From: a virus
Reading direction: 5' to 3' (one strand)
Length of the DNA: 64,000 nucleotides
IMG/VR virus record: IMGVR_UViG_3300021256_000064
Coordinates: 64,001 to 128,000 of that record
Shown: piece after piece, positions 51,406 to 63,588 of the stretch
How positions within the stretch are numbered: position 1 is the first letter of the stretch
Layout: each line of letters opens with the position of its first letter
Program-made: the position numbers and the translations under genes
Notes under the pieces: generated by a model
What the model saw: only the letters and a program-made list of their open reading frames with translations
What the model was told of the DNA's origin: nothing
Databases searched by the model: none

Positions 51406-54400
51406 ATGGCAACTTATATTACAGATAAAATTGAATTTAATAATAATATATATAAATTACAAGATAGTGATGCCCTACCTCTTGCGGGAGGTAACGTAAC
51501 TGGTCCAGTGAATTTCGGTGATACGGTTACAATGGAATAGGCATCAGTTGGAGATCTTATTATTACTGGTAATGCAAGTTCCACTAATAACCTTCAAGTA
51601 AATACAATTAATGGTGTCGCAGTTGGTAATTCACCGAAATTTACTGATACTGGATGGATTCCTTTTGGTCAAGTAGATAGTACTTCAACAAGCACTGCTT
51701 TTACAGCTACGATAGATGGAATTACTGAATTAAAACCTGGAACTTGTGTATTATTAAAGAATGGAGTTGTTACTAGCGATTCTGGTTTTACTATAAATAT
51801 TAATAATTTAGGAGCAAAAAGAGTTTATAATAATCTGACTGCTGGCACAGCAGACACGACAATCTTTAATATACACTATACAATGTTATTTATTTATGAT
51901 CCAACTGTAACGATTGAGGATAGCGTTGGATGTTGGAATTGTTATAGAGGATACGATTCTAACACTAATACCATTGGGTATCAATTAAGAACAAATAATA
52001 CAGTATTAAAAACTTATGATAAGAGCAGATATTATAGAATATTTTTTACATCTGCAGATGGGACGCATTGGGTTCCAGCAAATACGGGAACAGATAACAG
52101 CTCTACATCCAAAAAAACAGTGAATCAAAGACCTATTAATCCCTTTGGTCGAATTGTTTATACATCAGCTTCAACTAGTTATGCAGCAGGAGCTGATATT
52201 GCAGCAACAACTATTTGGGATCAATATAATATGAATTTAGGATATTCATTTAATACTACTGGAGCAACGTTAACATTAACTTCAAAAAACCCTGTATATA
52301 TTAAATGTGCGCCACAATCAGACGGTTCTGTTGTCATAGATTCAACGACTCCTTTTGTGCAAACACTTCCTACTTCTGAAGATGGTAAAATTTATATATT
52401 TTTAGGAATTGCAACTTCAGCAACTAACGTCGAATTAATTATTAATCATCCTGTGTATATGTATAAAAATGGAAAAATTATACAATATACTGGTTCGGAG
52501 ACAGATGATTTATCTTAGATTGGCGGTAGAAATCTTTTAATTGGAACTGAGAAGAAACTTTTTTAGGGAGTTTCTAACACTCTTGAGATTCCTTATTAGC
52601 TGTCTTTATACGCACAAAGTAAGAATGTTTTTTATATACAAGATGAAACTTATACTATTTCTTTTGATTATACTGTTTCAAATGCTGGTGGTACAGTAGC
52701 TATAAAAGTTAATAATTTAGATGGAGTGCCTTTAGATATAGGAAATAGATATGATAGTTCTTTAAGTCAAAGCGTTACTGCGGTTAAAACAACATATAGA
52801 CGGACTGTGAAAATATCTCAAGCGCAAGCTAATAATGCTGGTAATGCAAGCTTTAAAATAGTTTTTAGCGGACTTACTTCAAATAGCACTGTTACAGTGT
52901 AGAATGTAAAACTTGAATATGGAAACATAGTAACTGATTATACACCTTCTCCTGAAGAGCTTGGATGGGAACCTCAAGTTATTGCACCTAGTGGAGAAAA
53001 AATTTAGTATCAAGGTGAAGAAGTTAATTTAAATATTTTAAATAAACCAAATGTCTATCTTGAATAGTTTAAACGTGCAGGTGGGACTTCAGGAAATAGT
53101 AATAGAAATGCATGGCAAGGTATGGACGTTTATGGAAAATATTTATTTAGGGCTAAAGTCGGAGGGGTAGTATATGTTTATGATTTAACTGAAAATACTC
53201 AAGATTTAACTATACTAGGTTCTTTTAGATTAGGTAGTTATAGAGCTAGTGCAGGAACAATGCATGGTATTGAATTTTCTACTTCTAATCATGCTGGAGT
53301 TTTAAGTTTTACTGATTATACAATTCCTGGTGATGAATTTCCTTTGTTACTTGTATCTGATGGAAGTAGCGTAGACACTGGTGATAATACGCAAGTAGAT
53401 GCTAAAGGATATTGTTATATATAGAGGATCCAAAGAACAAATGATACATCAAATCCTTTTACAAGTACTTTACTTACTATTATTGAATTACAATTTGTGA
53501 TGGCAAGTCCACAAAACCCTTGGGATTCTCAACACTTTTTCTATCCTTGGTGCCAATGGCATTATTATGATAATCATATATATAGTTTTGGACATTATAG
53601 GAGAGGGGCAGGTGGTACTACAAAAAAATTTAATGAACATATTTTGACTAGATGGTCACCTTCCATTGCGTCTTTACTTCCGCAAGGAAATGAAAGTACA
53701 CCTAACTATCAACTTTTTACACAAAATCAAATGGATAATCTATGGAGAATAGAATATACTTAGCAATATATGCAAGGTTGTAGATTTTATAATGATAAAA
53801 TTATTGCTACATTTGGTCATCCAGGTAAAGGTTTTCCAAATTATGTAATAATTTTTTCTATATCATCTAGTACTGTACTTAGTATTATAGACTTAACCAC
53901 AACATTAATATCTGCAAAAACTATGGAAGGATGTTTTGTTTATAATAATAAAATTTATTTAGGTTTTACAGGAAGTAATGATGATGATAGTAATCTTTAT
54001 TCTTTAACTCTAGTTAAAAATGAAAATAATGAAGTTGCTAGTCCGCTTGCACCTGCTACAACTAGTTCAAATGGTTTAATGACTGCTCAAGATAAAATAG
54101 CATTAAATACAGTATATTCTAATTATTTATTAAATCCATAGCTTCAACCTCCAACCGGATTGCCAGTAGATCCTTCTCTATCTATATTTCGTTCAATGGC
54201 AGTTTTTGGAGATAGCTATGCTAGTGGTAGCTTTTATTGGGCTGATAATAGTAATAGTGGTAAATCTAATGAATATGAAAGATCCTGGGGCAAACAAATA
54301 GGAAGACATTATGGTATAAATATAATGAACTATTCAGCTGGAGGATGGACTGCAAAAGATTTTATGTATGCTCCAACACGACAATAGGATCCAACTGGCT

Positions 54401-55062
54401 ATACATTATCAGATAACCATGGATGGATTAAATTTAATAGAGATTTAACTTCTGCTACTGATTCTGAAATTAGACATAGAGATTTATATATTTTAGCTTT
54501 TGGTATTAATGATTTTAGAATTATAAATACGGCAAATAGTGATTATAAATGGACAAATTATTATAATATTGATGATGATGATATTTCTTATTTTAATAAT
54601 ACCACTCAGTCAAATAATTCTCAATATTATTTAAACAGTCCAGATACTTTTTTTGGAGTACATAATAAAATCATTAGACATATTTTAAAATATTCTGAAC
54701 ATTCAGTAATTCTTTTATTATCATATTTAAGACCTGTTCCAATTGGAACCTATGATGTTGATAATAATTATAGTAGTGATGATCCAAGGTATTTTAAAGC
54801 TAAAAACGATGTAAATGGTAACTTGCAACAAATTGCTTCTCATTTTTCATCAAATAATGTTTTATATATAGATGTTAATGCTGATCCATTTTTTGCATCA
54901 GATTTTTATAAATCTGATGCATATAAAAATTATCATCCTGCTGCAATTGGATATGCTGGAATGGCTACAGCGATAGAAAGATTAATTAGTAAAGCAATGA
55001 GATAGCATCCAAATAAATTTTTATCAGTTGGTAGAGTAACGAATCCTACTAATTGGCTCTAA
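51406..55062 (+). CDS. giant tail fibre/tailspike (about 1218 aa) with C-terminal SGNH/GDSL hydrolase domain
   Basis: six ORF-track fragments (51883, 53122, 53497, 53770, 54160, 54823) all mod 3 = 1 with ATG 51406, separated only by TAG; N-terminus LQDSDALPLAGGNVTGPV; FGDSYASGSF, GGWTA, FGINDF, NYHPAAIGYAGMA. Confidence 0.7.
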
Positions 55063-55138
55063 TTTTAATTATAAAAATAATTATTCCATTTATCTACCGA
55101 AAATATTTTGTAGATAAATGGAATATAAAGGAGATAAA

Positions 55139-58018
55139 ATGGCAACTCAAATTGTAAACAAAATAAATTATAATGGAAAAGTATATAAGCTACAAGATAG
55201 TGATGCTTTACCTCTTGCTGGCGGTAATGTAACTGGTCCAGTAGAATTTAATGATTCAGTTACAATGTAGTAGGCATTAGTTGGAGATCTTGTTATTACT
55301 GGTAATGCGAGTTCTACTAATAATCTTCAAGTAAATACAATTAATGGTGTTGCGGTAGGGGCTAATCCGCGATTTACTGATACTACTTATAATCCAGTTA
55401 CAACTTCTGCAAATGGATTAATGTTAAAAGAAGATAAGCAATTTATTGATACATTATAGATTGGCGGAAGAAATTTATTAAATGAAACTGAAAGAAAAGT
55501 TTTTGAGAATGTTTCTAGCCCATTTGAAGTTTCTTATCCACTTTCTTTATATGCTCAAGATAAAAATGCTTTTCGTGTACAAGATGAAATTTATACTATT
55601 TCTTTTGATTATATAGTTTCAAATATTGGCGGAGTTGTGACTGTAAAGATTAATGATTTAGATGAAGTTTTATTGGATAAAGGAAATAAATATGAAAATT
55701 CAATAAATCAAAATATTACCGCAATTAAAATGACTTATAAACGAACTTTTAAAATAACTTAGGAACAAGCTAATAGTATAAATACAAGTTTTAAAATAGT
55801 TTTTAATGACTTAGTTTCAAATAATGTTATTATAATAGAAAATGTAAAACTTGAATATGGAAATATGGCAACAGACTACACTCCGTCTCCTGAGGAACTT
55901 GGATGGGAACCTTAGCTTGTTGCTCCTGAGGGAGACAAAGTTCAGTATTAGGGTGAAGAAGTTTCTTTTAATATTTCAAATAAGCCAAATGTTTATATTC
56001 AAGAATTTAAACGGGCAGGTGGCAATAGCGGAGCTAGTGATGAAGACGCATGGCAAGGTATGGACACCTATGGAAAATATCTATTTAGATCAAAAAAGAA
56101 TGGTACAGTATATGTTTATGATTTAACTGAAGATTCACAAAATTTATCAATTATTGATAGCTTTCAACTAGGAAGTTACAGAACCACTGGAAAAACAGTG
56201 GATGCATGGGGTCTAACTTTTAATGAACATAATCATGCTGGTGTTCTGTGTTTTACAGATAAAAAGTTTAATAACAATGATGAATTTCCTTTATTGCTTG
56301 TATCTGATGGATGCGGATCAGGAACTAAAGGAATAGATGGTCAAGGATTTTGTTATATATAGAGAATCCAAAGAACTGATAATAATTTTACCAGTACTAC
56401 CGTTGGAGTTATTTAGTTACGTTGGACAAAAGGTAGTGAGGCAGATTACGCTGATGCAACAAAAGGTCTTACAGAATATTTTTTCTTCCCTTGGTGTCAA
56501 TGGCATTATTATAATGGATATATTTATAGTTTTGGGCACAAAAGAAGAGGTACTGGTACTGTAACAAAAAAATTTAATGAACATATACTTACCCGATGGC
56601 ATCCAGACATTTTAACTTTAATTAACAAAAATGCCACAAATTCCAATCAAGCTAAAATAACTAGATTTTATTAGGGAACTTATACAACAAATGGGGCGTC
56701 TGTATCAATAATAGATAATCAATGGAAAATAGAATATGCTTGGGATTACTTAGATGGTTGCAGATTTTATGATGATAAAATTATTGCTACATATGGACAT
56801 GGGACATGGCTTCTTCCTAATAAAATTGTAATTTTTTCTTTAGCTTCTACAACAGCTATAGCTACTATTGATTTATCTAAAAATCCAGCTTCATCAACAA
56901 AATAGATGGAAGGATGTATTATTTATAATAATAAAATATATTTAGGATATAATGCAGATAGTATGCTTTATTTATTATCCTTTGTAAAAAATAAAACTGG
57001 TGAAATTGCAAATCCAATCTCTATTGCAACTCCTACTACAGATGGATTAATGTCTATTGCAGATAAAGTAATGTTAGATACAATGAGTGCAAGCTATGTA
57101 TTAAATCCAAATCTTTAGCCACCAGTTTTAGCAGTTGATCCTGCTATATCAGCTTTTCGTACTATTGGTATTCTTGGAGATAGCTATTCTTCTGGGTCAT
57201 TTTATTTTCCTGTTCCAGTGTCAACTGAACATCCCAATGGTTATTCTAATCAATTAGGTTCAAATGAATATACTTCAGATAGATATACTACTTCATGGGG
57301 AAAACAATTAGGTAGAATGACTGGAAGAGATAATGGAAAAAATGTAATGATCTATGCTAAAGGCGGATGGACAGCTAAAAAATGGTATTAGGATACAACA
57401 GGAAGTGGTCGTAGCTGGGGAAAGTTTGATCGAGATATGCAACCAAAAAATGGTACTGAAGGTGGAAAAGCAAAAGATTTATATATTATAGCTTTTGGTA
57501 TTAATGATTACAGAGAAATAGTAGAAAAAAGTGGACAAAATGTTGATTTAACATATGATTGGGGTGACCCTACTGATATTACAAACTATAGTAATATTAC
57601 AGATAGCACTAGTAATTTTTATTATTTAAAAGCTCCAAATACTTTTTTTGGTGTTTATAATAAAATTATTAGAAATATAAAAAGATGGACACCAGATTCT
57701 ATTATTATTATATTATCATATTTAAAATATGAATAGGGATTTGAAACAGCAAGAGATTTTACTAATCAAAAACTTATAAAGATTGCAAATACTTTTAATA
57801 ATGCAGGTGAATCTGTAGTTTATATTGATGTTAATGGTGATCCGTTTTTTAATTCAGATTTTTATAAGAAAAAAGCTTATATAAACCATCATCCTACTGT
57901 CATTGGGCATGCGGGTATGGCGACTGCAATAGCAAGACTCATTAGTAAAGCTATGCGCGAATAGCCAGAGAAATTTCTTACACTTGGTAAGATTGATGAT
58001 CCTGATTATATCACTTAA
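55139..58018 (+). CDS. paralogous giant tail protein (about 959 aa) with C-terminal SGNH/GDSL hydrolase domain
   Basis: fragments 56060, 56906, 57437 mod 3 = 2 with ATG 55139; LGDSYSSGSF, GGWTAK, FGINDY, NHHPTVIGHAGMA; N-terminus near-identical to 51406 gene. Confidence 0.7.
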
Positions 58019-58044
58019 TAAAGTAAAAGTAAAGGAATGAATTT

Positions 58045-58375
58045 TATGATTTTAAAATATGATATTGAAATAAATAATAAAATAATTTCTGAACGATTAC
58101 AAAATCTTATAAATCAAACTTATAAACTTTTACCAAATCGAGAATAGGGAATAGATTGGAAAAAACCTTTATAGACAATTTTAGAATAGTTAATTGGAAT
58201 GTATAGATTAATGAATGATTATTCAGAAATCTTTTTTCCTTTGTTAAATAAAATGGAAGGGCTTTATTCATTAACTAAAGATGATGACTTTTCATGTTAT
58301 CGAAGAACAATTTTTGAATGTCTAGGTTTAATGAATGAGTTGCGGTAGAACATATGTCATCATTAGAATTGTTAA
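58045..58375 (+). CDS. small tail-region protein with apparent +1 frame discontinuity after codon 15
   Basis: RBS+ATG 58045 frame 1 stops at TGA 58090; frame 2 open 58073..58375 (TAA). Confidence 0.35.
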
Positions 58376-59337
58376 AACAAAGATTACAATATCAAGGCGG
58401 GAATCAAGAGCAAAGATTTATTAACGATAAATTAAAAGGATTAAAGAAGGCTTTACTTTATTCTTATCAGGCGGCGACTGCTATTTTAGAAGATGGAAAA
58501 TAGTTTAGATGTTTAATTAACCCTGATAAAAATAAACCTGCTTATGATAATAAAATTATTTCAATTCCTTATAAGGATGTTTGTTTAAATATGCCAAGAG
58601 TTGGAAAAACTACTCAAGGAGAGATTGATATTAATTTAAAACCAGGTAATACTTTTACTTGGAAAGAAACTAACACGCACTGGTTAGTTTATTTAGAGTA
58701 TCTTGAGTAGGACGCTTATTTTAGAGCAGAGATTCGTAGATGTGATCAATAGGTAAAGATAGGGTAGAAAAACTACTGGGCTTATATCAGAGGCCCAGTA
58801 GAAACTTCCATTTAGTGGTCACAGAAAGCAGGAATTGAATGGAATACTTTAAATTATTCATTAGTTATGTATATTACAGCTGATGAAAATACCAATAATT
58901 ATTTTGAAAGATTTAAAACTATAAAAATATCAGATCCAAGAAAGAATATTGAAAAAACTTGGCAAGTAGTTGGTGTTGACCCGTATTATGGAGATGGAAT
59001 TATTCAAGTATTTTTAGATGAGTTCTTTGAAAATAGTATTGCGGATGCGGTCACTCAAGAACGCAAAGAAACTGGATAGAAAGATCCGATAGATGAGACT
59101 GCCGCGTATATAGATGGACCAACTTAGGTTGCTCAATATAGTAAAGCATATTATGAAATTCATAATGCTGAAAATGGTCATTGGTATATTTTATGGGGTA
59201 ATGAAGAAATAGATTTAAATAGTTCTTTAAAAATTCTTCCGCTAGAGATAACTGGTAAATTAAAAACATTTACTTTAATTTATAGAGTGGAAGGTCAAGA
59301 TGATATTAAATTAGATATAAATATCACAACACTATAA
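58354..59337 (+). CDS. tail/baseplate-region protein (about 327 aa), many in-frame TAG
   Basis: ATG 58354 same frame as ORF 58867..59079; TAA 59335. Confidence 0.5.
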
Positions 59338-59364
59338 AGGAGATAAAAGGAGTAGATAAAATAT

Positions 59365-59973
59365 ATGAAGAAAGATTTAGCTTTAAGACCTGTTGACTTT
59401 ACTTCATCTTTTTTATCATGCTAGAAAGATTTAGAAGAGATTTTGAAAAGATTGTTCGTAACAAGTCAACCATATAGTGATGAGTTGAAAAGATTGTTAG
59501 TAATCAACACAAAAGATTGTTTAGATGATAAAAATAGCGTTGTTTATAAAAACGCTATTAAAGACATGAGTCTTGCAAAACTGAGGGAAAAGGGATATAT
59601 CAAATTTGAACCAAAAATAAAAATGACAGAACATGAATAGGTAAAAAGTTATTTATTAATTAGTTTTGATAATTTTAGACCTAATATGCAAAATCCTCAG
59701 TTTAGAGATTGTAATGTACATATTGATGTGCTTTGTCACACAGATTGTTGGGATTTAGGTAATTTTAGAATCCGACCTTTAAAGATTTGCGGATATATTG
59801 ATGGAATTTTAAATAATGCTCGTTTATCTGGCATTGGTACATTCCAATTTGCGGGATGTAATGAATTAGTTTTAGATGAAACTTTATCTGGTTATACATT
59901 AACATACGCCGCAATTCATGGCACAGATGATGTATTACCAAGTTCACATGGGTGGATTCCAGTAAATGCTTGA
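59365..59973 (+). CDS. hypothetical tail-region protein, stops at TGA-TGA
   Basis: same frame as ORF 59686..59973; shows TGA is a stop in this genome. Confidence 0.5.
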
Positions 59974-59979
59974 TGAGTT

Positions 59980-60005
59980 ACTTTTGTTATCGGGGAATGA
60001 TATAC
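59980..60005 (+). terminator. hairpin GGGGAATG-ATATAC-CATTCCCC after 59973 stop
   Basis: seen directly. Confidence 0.5.
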
Positions 60006-60151
60006 CATTCCCCTAGGCACAGTTAATAATCCATCAACCGCGATTGAAAGAAATAGCTTATATCACTGAATAGCGCTTTTGGCCTGGATGTGAACTATTA
60101 AAATTTAATAAAGAAAATTTAACAACTTAGGACAAAGTTGATTTATCAAAT

Positions 60152-60745
60152 ATGTCAAATTTTAATATAATAATGATGATAATACAAGAAAAAAATTTAT
60201 AGGCTCATTAGGCTAGATTAAATGTTTTATCTATTCTTGCGTTATTATTTCCAACAAAAGAAATTTTGTTGGGTCGAAAAGCAATACAGCTACGTGATAA
60301 TTAGACTGGAGAAGTAAATGAGATAAATGAAAAAAATTTTGAGGCTTTTAAGAAAATTATCATTTAGATGTTTTGTCTTACAAATAAAGAAAATAAATAG
60401 TATAATCCGAGTGGATAGTTAGCTAAGAAGATTGCTGATAAAATTAAAAAAGGTAGACAGAAAAAGGCGGAGCTGGCGCCCGATTCTAAAATTGCCATAT
60501 TAAGTCGTTATATTTCTATTCTTGCTGTTGGTTAGCAAAAAAATATAAATGATTTAATGAATTATACTATTTATCAACTTATGGATGAATTTAACCGATT
60601 TGAATTAAAAATGCGTTATGACTCTTGGTAGAGATTTAAAGCAGCAGGATGTACTGGTATGGATGATCCTGAAGATTGGTTAAAAGATATTCATGATGAC
60701 AATTAGTCTAACGATTAGGATAACGATATTTTGTACAAAATATAA
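60152..60745 (+). CDS. hypothetical protein with several in-frame TAG
   Basis: ATG 60152; frame consistent to TAA 60743 overlapping next RBS. Confidence 0.35.
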
Positions 60746-60758
60746 GGAGGAAATCCAA

Positions 60759-61766
60759 ATGAAATTTGGTGTACGTGAAATTGCTAACGTAGTATTTAAG
60801 GCTAAGAATCAACAAAGAATTGGTAGCCAAATTTTCGCAAAAGGACAACCAGTTTTTTATCTTGATTCTGCAAAAACTTCTTCTATGGAAGGCGCGGCTA
60901 CTACAGTATATGCAACAGGTGGTCGTGGTAATACTCGTTTAATTGCTTGGGAAGGTGAAAAAACTTTAACATTTACTGTTGAAGATGCTCTTCTTTCACC
61001 GGTAAGTTTTGCTATGCTTTCTGGTGCTGGTATTATAAAAGGTGCGGCAGATTCTGAAAAAACAATTCATTTCCATCAAACTACTAATGCAGTAATTGAA
61101 ACAGCTCAAGGTGGAGGTCTTGAAATTGATTTAACAGAAGCTTTAGAATCTACAGAAAAAATTTGTCCGACAGCTCCTATTTATATTATGAAACTTGATG
61201 CTTATGGAGATTTAACTGGAGAAGTTCTTACAGGATGGACGGTTGATAGTGCTGGTAAGAAATTAACTCATAGTAAAGTTAGTGGATTAGAAGGCGCTAT
61301 TATGGTTGACTATTATGTATTAAAGAAAGAAGGAACTGTTTCCGAACTTCAAATTGATGCAGAACACTTTGGTGGATACTATTATGTAGAAGCTGATACA
61401 TTATTTAGACGTCAATCAGATGGTAAAGATTTACCTGCAAATCTTACATTCCCTAATGTTAAGATTCAGTCTAATTTTACATTCTCTATGGCTTCAACTG
61501 GTGATCCAAGTACATTTACTTTTACTATGGATGCGTTCCCTGGATATACATATTTTAATAAAACAAATAAAGTCTTATGTGCTATCCAGGTTGTTGATGA
61601 TGCTACAGAAGCTAAATATGAAGCTAAGCCATTATTCCCACATCCAACGGGATTCAATATTGAGGAATCTATTCCTAGAACTGAAGCTGATGGTCAAGTT
61701 ACTAGATATGGTGACTCTGTTGATGGCCCAGATAATGAAGATGGTGTAGAAGGAGATGCGCCGTAA
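60759..61766 (+). CDS. major structural protein candidate (tail tube/sheath-like), no TAG
   Basis: AAGGAGG RBS, MKFGVREIANVVFKAKN...; 335 aa continuous. Confidence 0.5.
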   Translation: MKFGVREIANVVFKAKNQQRIGSQIFAKGQPVFYLDSAKTSSMEGAATTVYATGGRGNTRLIAWEGEKTLTFTVEDALLSPVSFAMLSGAGIIKGAADSEKTIHFHQTTNAVIETAQGGGLEIDLTEALESTEKICPTAPIYIMKLDAYGDLTGEVLTGWTVDSAGKKLTHSKVSGLEGAIMVDYYVLKKEGTVSELQIDAEHFGGYYYVEADTLFRRQSDGKDLPANLTFPNVKIQSNFTFSMASTGDPSTFTFTMDAFPGYTYFNKTNKVLCAIQVVDDATEAKYEAKPLFPHPTGFNIEESIPRTEADGQVTRYGDSVDGPDNEDGVEGDAP

Positions 61767-61848
61767 GGCTAACTTTGAAACATTAAAAATTTTATAGGGA
61801 GAGTATAATTTTACTCTCCCTATTTTTTGTTAAAATAGGTGAGGTCAT

Positions 61849-62922
61849 ATGGATGAAATTACAAAAATTGGTGTCCAATATGTTGCAAAAGATATAAAAG
61901 AGCAGGAATTAAAAAATGCGGCTCATTTAGTAGACGCTGCTGTAACTTTTATAAGAGATGTAGAAATTATTATAAATAAATATGAAATTTTAGGAAAATA
62001 GATTAGTTTATTTGGACAACCTTTGAAAAATTTGGGAAAAGCTATGCAACGAAATAACGAAGATTTACAAGCCATAATCTCTAGACAATATACATTTGAA
62101 TAGTAGTTAAATAGATTTTTAGGTAGGTCAATAAATTTTGCTTGGGTTGATTCTAACGGAAAAATTTTGTATGCAGATGAAGAAACAGCAAGAAAAATAT
62201 ATGAAACTGCTACTTTATCTACAGATAAAGATAAAACTTATGTAGGAAAATTATCTTCATCTTAGGTAAAAAAGAAAGCACAAGAAGTTCCTAATTTTGT
62301 TCTAAAATTATACGCAGATGCAGTTCAAGAAAGGACTCAAAAACATCAGAGACTTTTTCAAGAAATGATAAAACGGTTAAATGAAAATAAAAATAAAGAA
62401 AATGTTTGGGCAAAAGAACATTATTCAACAGTATATTGGAGAGGGCATTCACCTTTTGGAGATTCAAATTTTCATCATCCAAAATATTAGTGGTCTTACA
62501 AATATAATCAAGGACATATTTCATAGGGATATGTAAATTTTATTTTTAATAAAATAATAAACTATGATTCTGGAGAAAGCAGTATTGGTAATTTTATGAT
62601 GAATGAAATTACAAAAGATACTACCCCAGGAATTGTAAAAGGAGACGTAGTTTTAGGATAGGGAAATGGAATAAGTAATAAAATTCAAATTGCAGTAAAA
62701 TCTCAAGATACTTTTAACACTGCTTCTATTGGAACTTATTTAAGTGTTGCCTATCAAGTCGTAGCTTTTAATAATAATTTAGAAAATTTAACAACATAGG
62801 AAGTAGAAAAAATATTAAATAATTTAAAACGATATAGTGTTAAAGTCACTGAAGCAGGTAGAAAAGAAGCTAAAAAAATTATTGAAGATATGGCTAAAGA
62901 TACTGGCGGTAAAATAACATGA
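61849..62922 (+). CDS. hypothetical late protein, multiple in-frame TAG, TGA stop
   Basis: frame consistent ATG 61849 to TGA 62920. Confidence 0.4.
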
Positions 62923-62924
62923 AC

Positions 62925-62953
62925 TTGACAAAATAAAAATTTTATATTATAAT
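62925..62953 (+). promoter_or_regulatory. internal late promoter
   Basis: TTGACA-AAATAAAAATTTTATAT-TATAAT. Confidence 0.45.
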
Positions 62954-62982
62954 ATAAAAAAGAGTTAAAAGGAGAACTGGAT

Positions 62983-63534
62983 ATGAAAGTATCATATGCA
63001 AATATGAAATTAAAAGTTAATACACAAGTGAAAACTTTTGATTTTTGCGGACAAAAGATTTAGGTTTTACAATACCTTCCCGCAAGAGATAAATATGATT
63101 TATTAATGATCACGTTACAAAAAGCTTAGGAAAATGGTATTTATAATGAATTTAAATTAAATCTTTATTTTGAATTAAATTTAGTATATTTATATACAAA
63201 TATTTCATTTACTGAAAAACAAAGAGAAGATGAATTAAAATTATATGATACGTTAAAAAGTAATGGATTCTTTGAACAATTTTTCCAAGCTATAAATGAA
63301 GAAGAATATAATGAACTTTTTGCACAACTTAATGCGATTAGATATTCCTTAACACAGAATCATAAGAGCGTTGCGGCAATTGTTCAATCACTTATTAATG
63401 ATTTACCTGCTAATGCAGAAGCTGCCGCTAAGATTGTAGAAAGTTTTGATATGAATAAATATAAACAAGTAATTGATTTTGCTACTTATGCAAATGGTGG
63501 TAGAAATATTAAAACTAATTTACCAATGGAATAA
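62983..63534 (+). CDS. hypothetical late protein, in-frame TAGs
   Basis: AAGGAG RBS; ATG 62983 to TAA 63532. Confidence 0.4.
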
Positions 63535-63547
63535 TGAATAAAAATAA

Positions 63548-63584
63548 AAGGGTAGATGATTTAATCATCTACCCTCTTTTTTAT
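63548..63584. terminator. bidirectional rho-independent terminator between late operon and convergent dUTPase
   Basis: AAAAGGGTAGATGATT-TAA-TCATCTACCCTCTTTTTT. Confidence 0.7.
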
Positions 63585-63588
63585 TGTT

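Noticed and set aside
59971-59976. TGA also recoded
   Set aside because: TGA terminates 59365..59973 (TGA-TGA), 61849..62922 and the short frame-1 ORFs; no gene requires TGA read-through.
35900-63540. Treating each ORF-track fragment in the late region as a separate small gene
   Set aside because: Fragments of each gene are co-frame and separated solely by TAG; protein motifs (SGNH, LamG, terminase) span the fragments.
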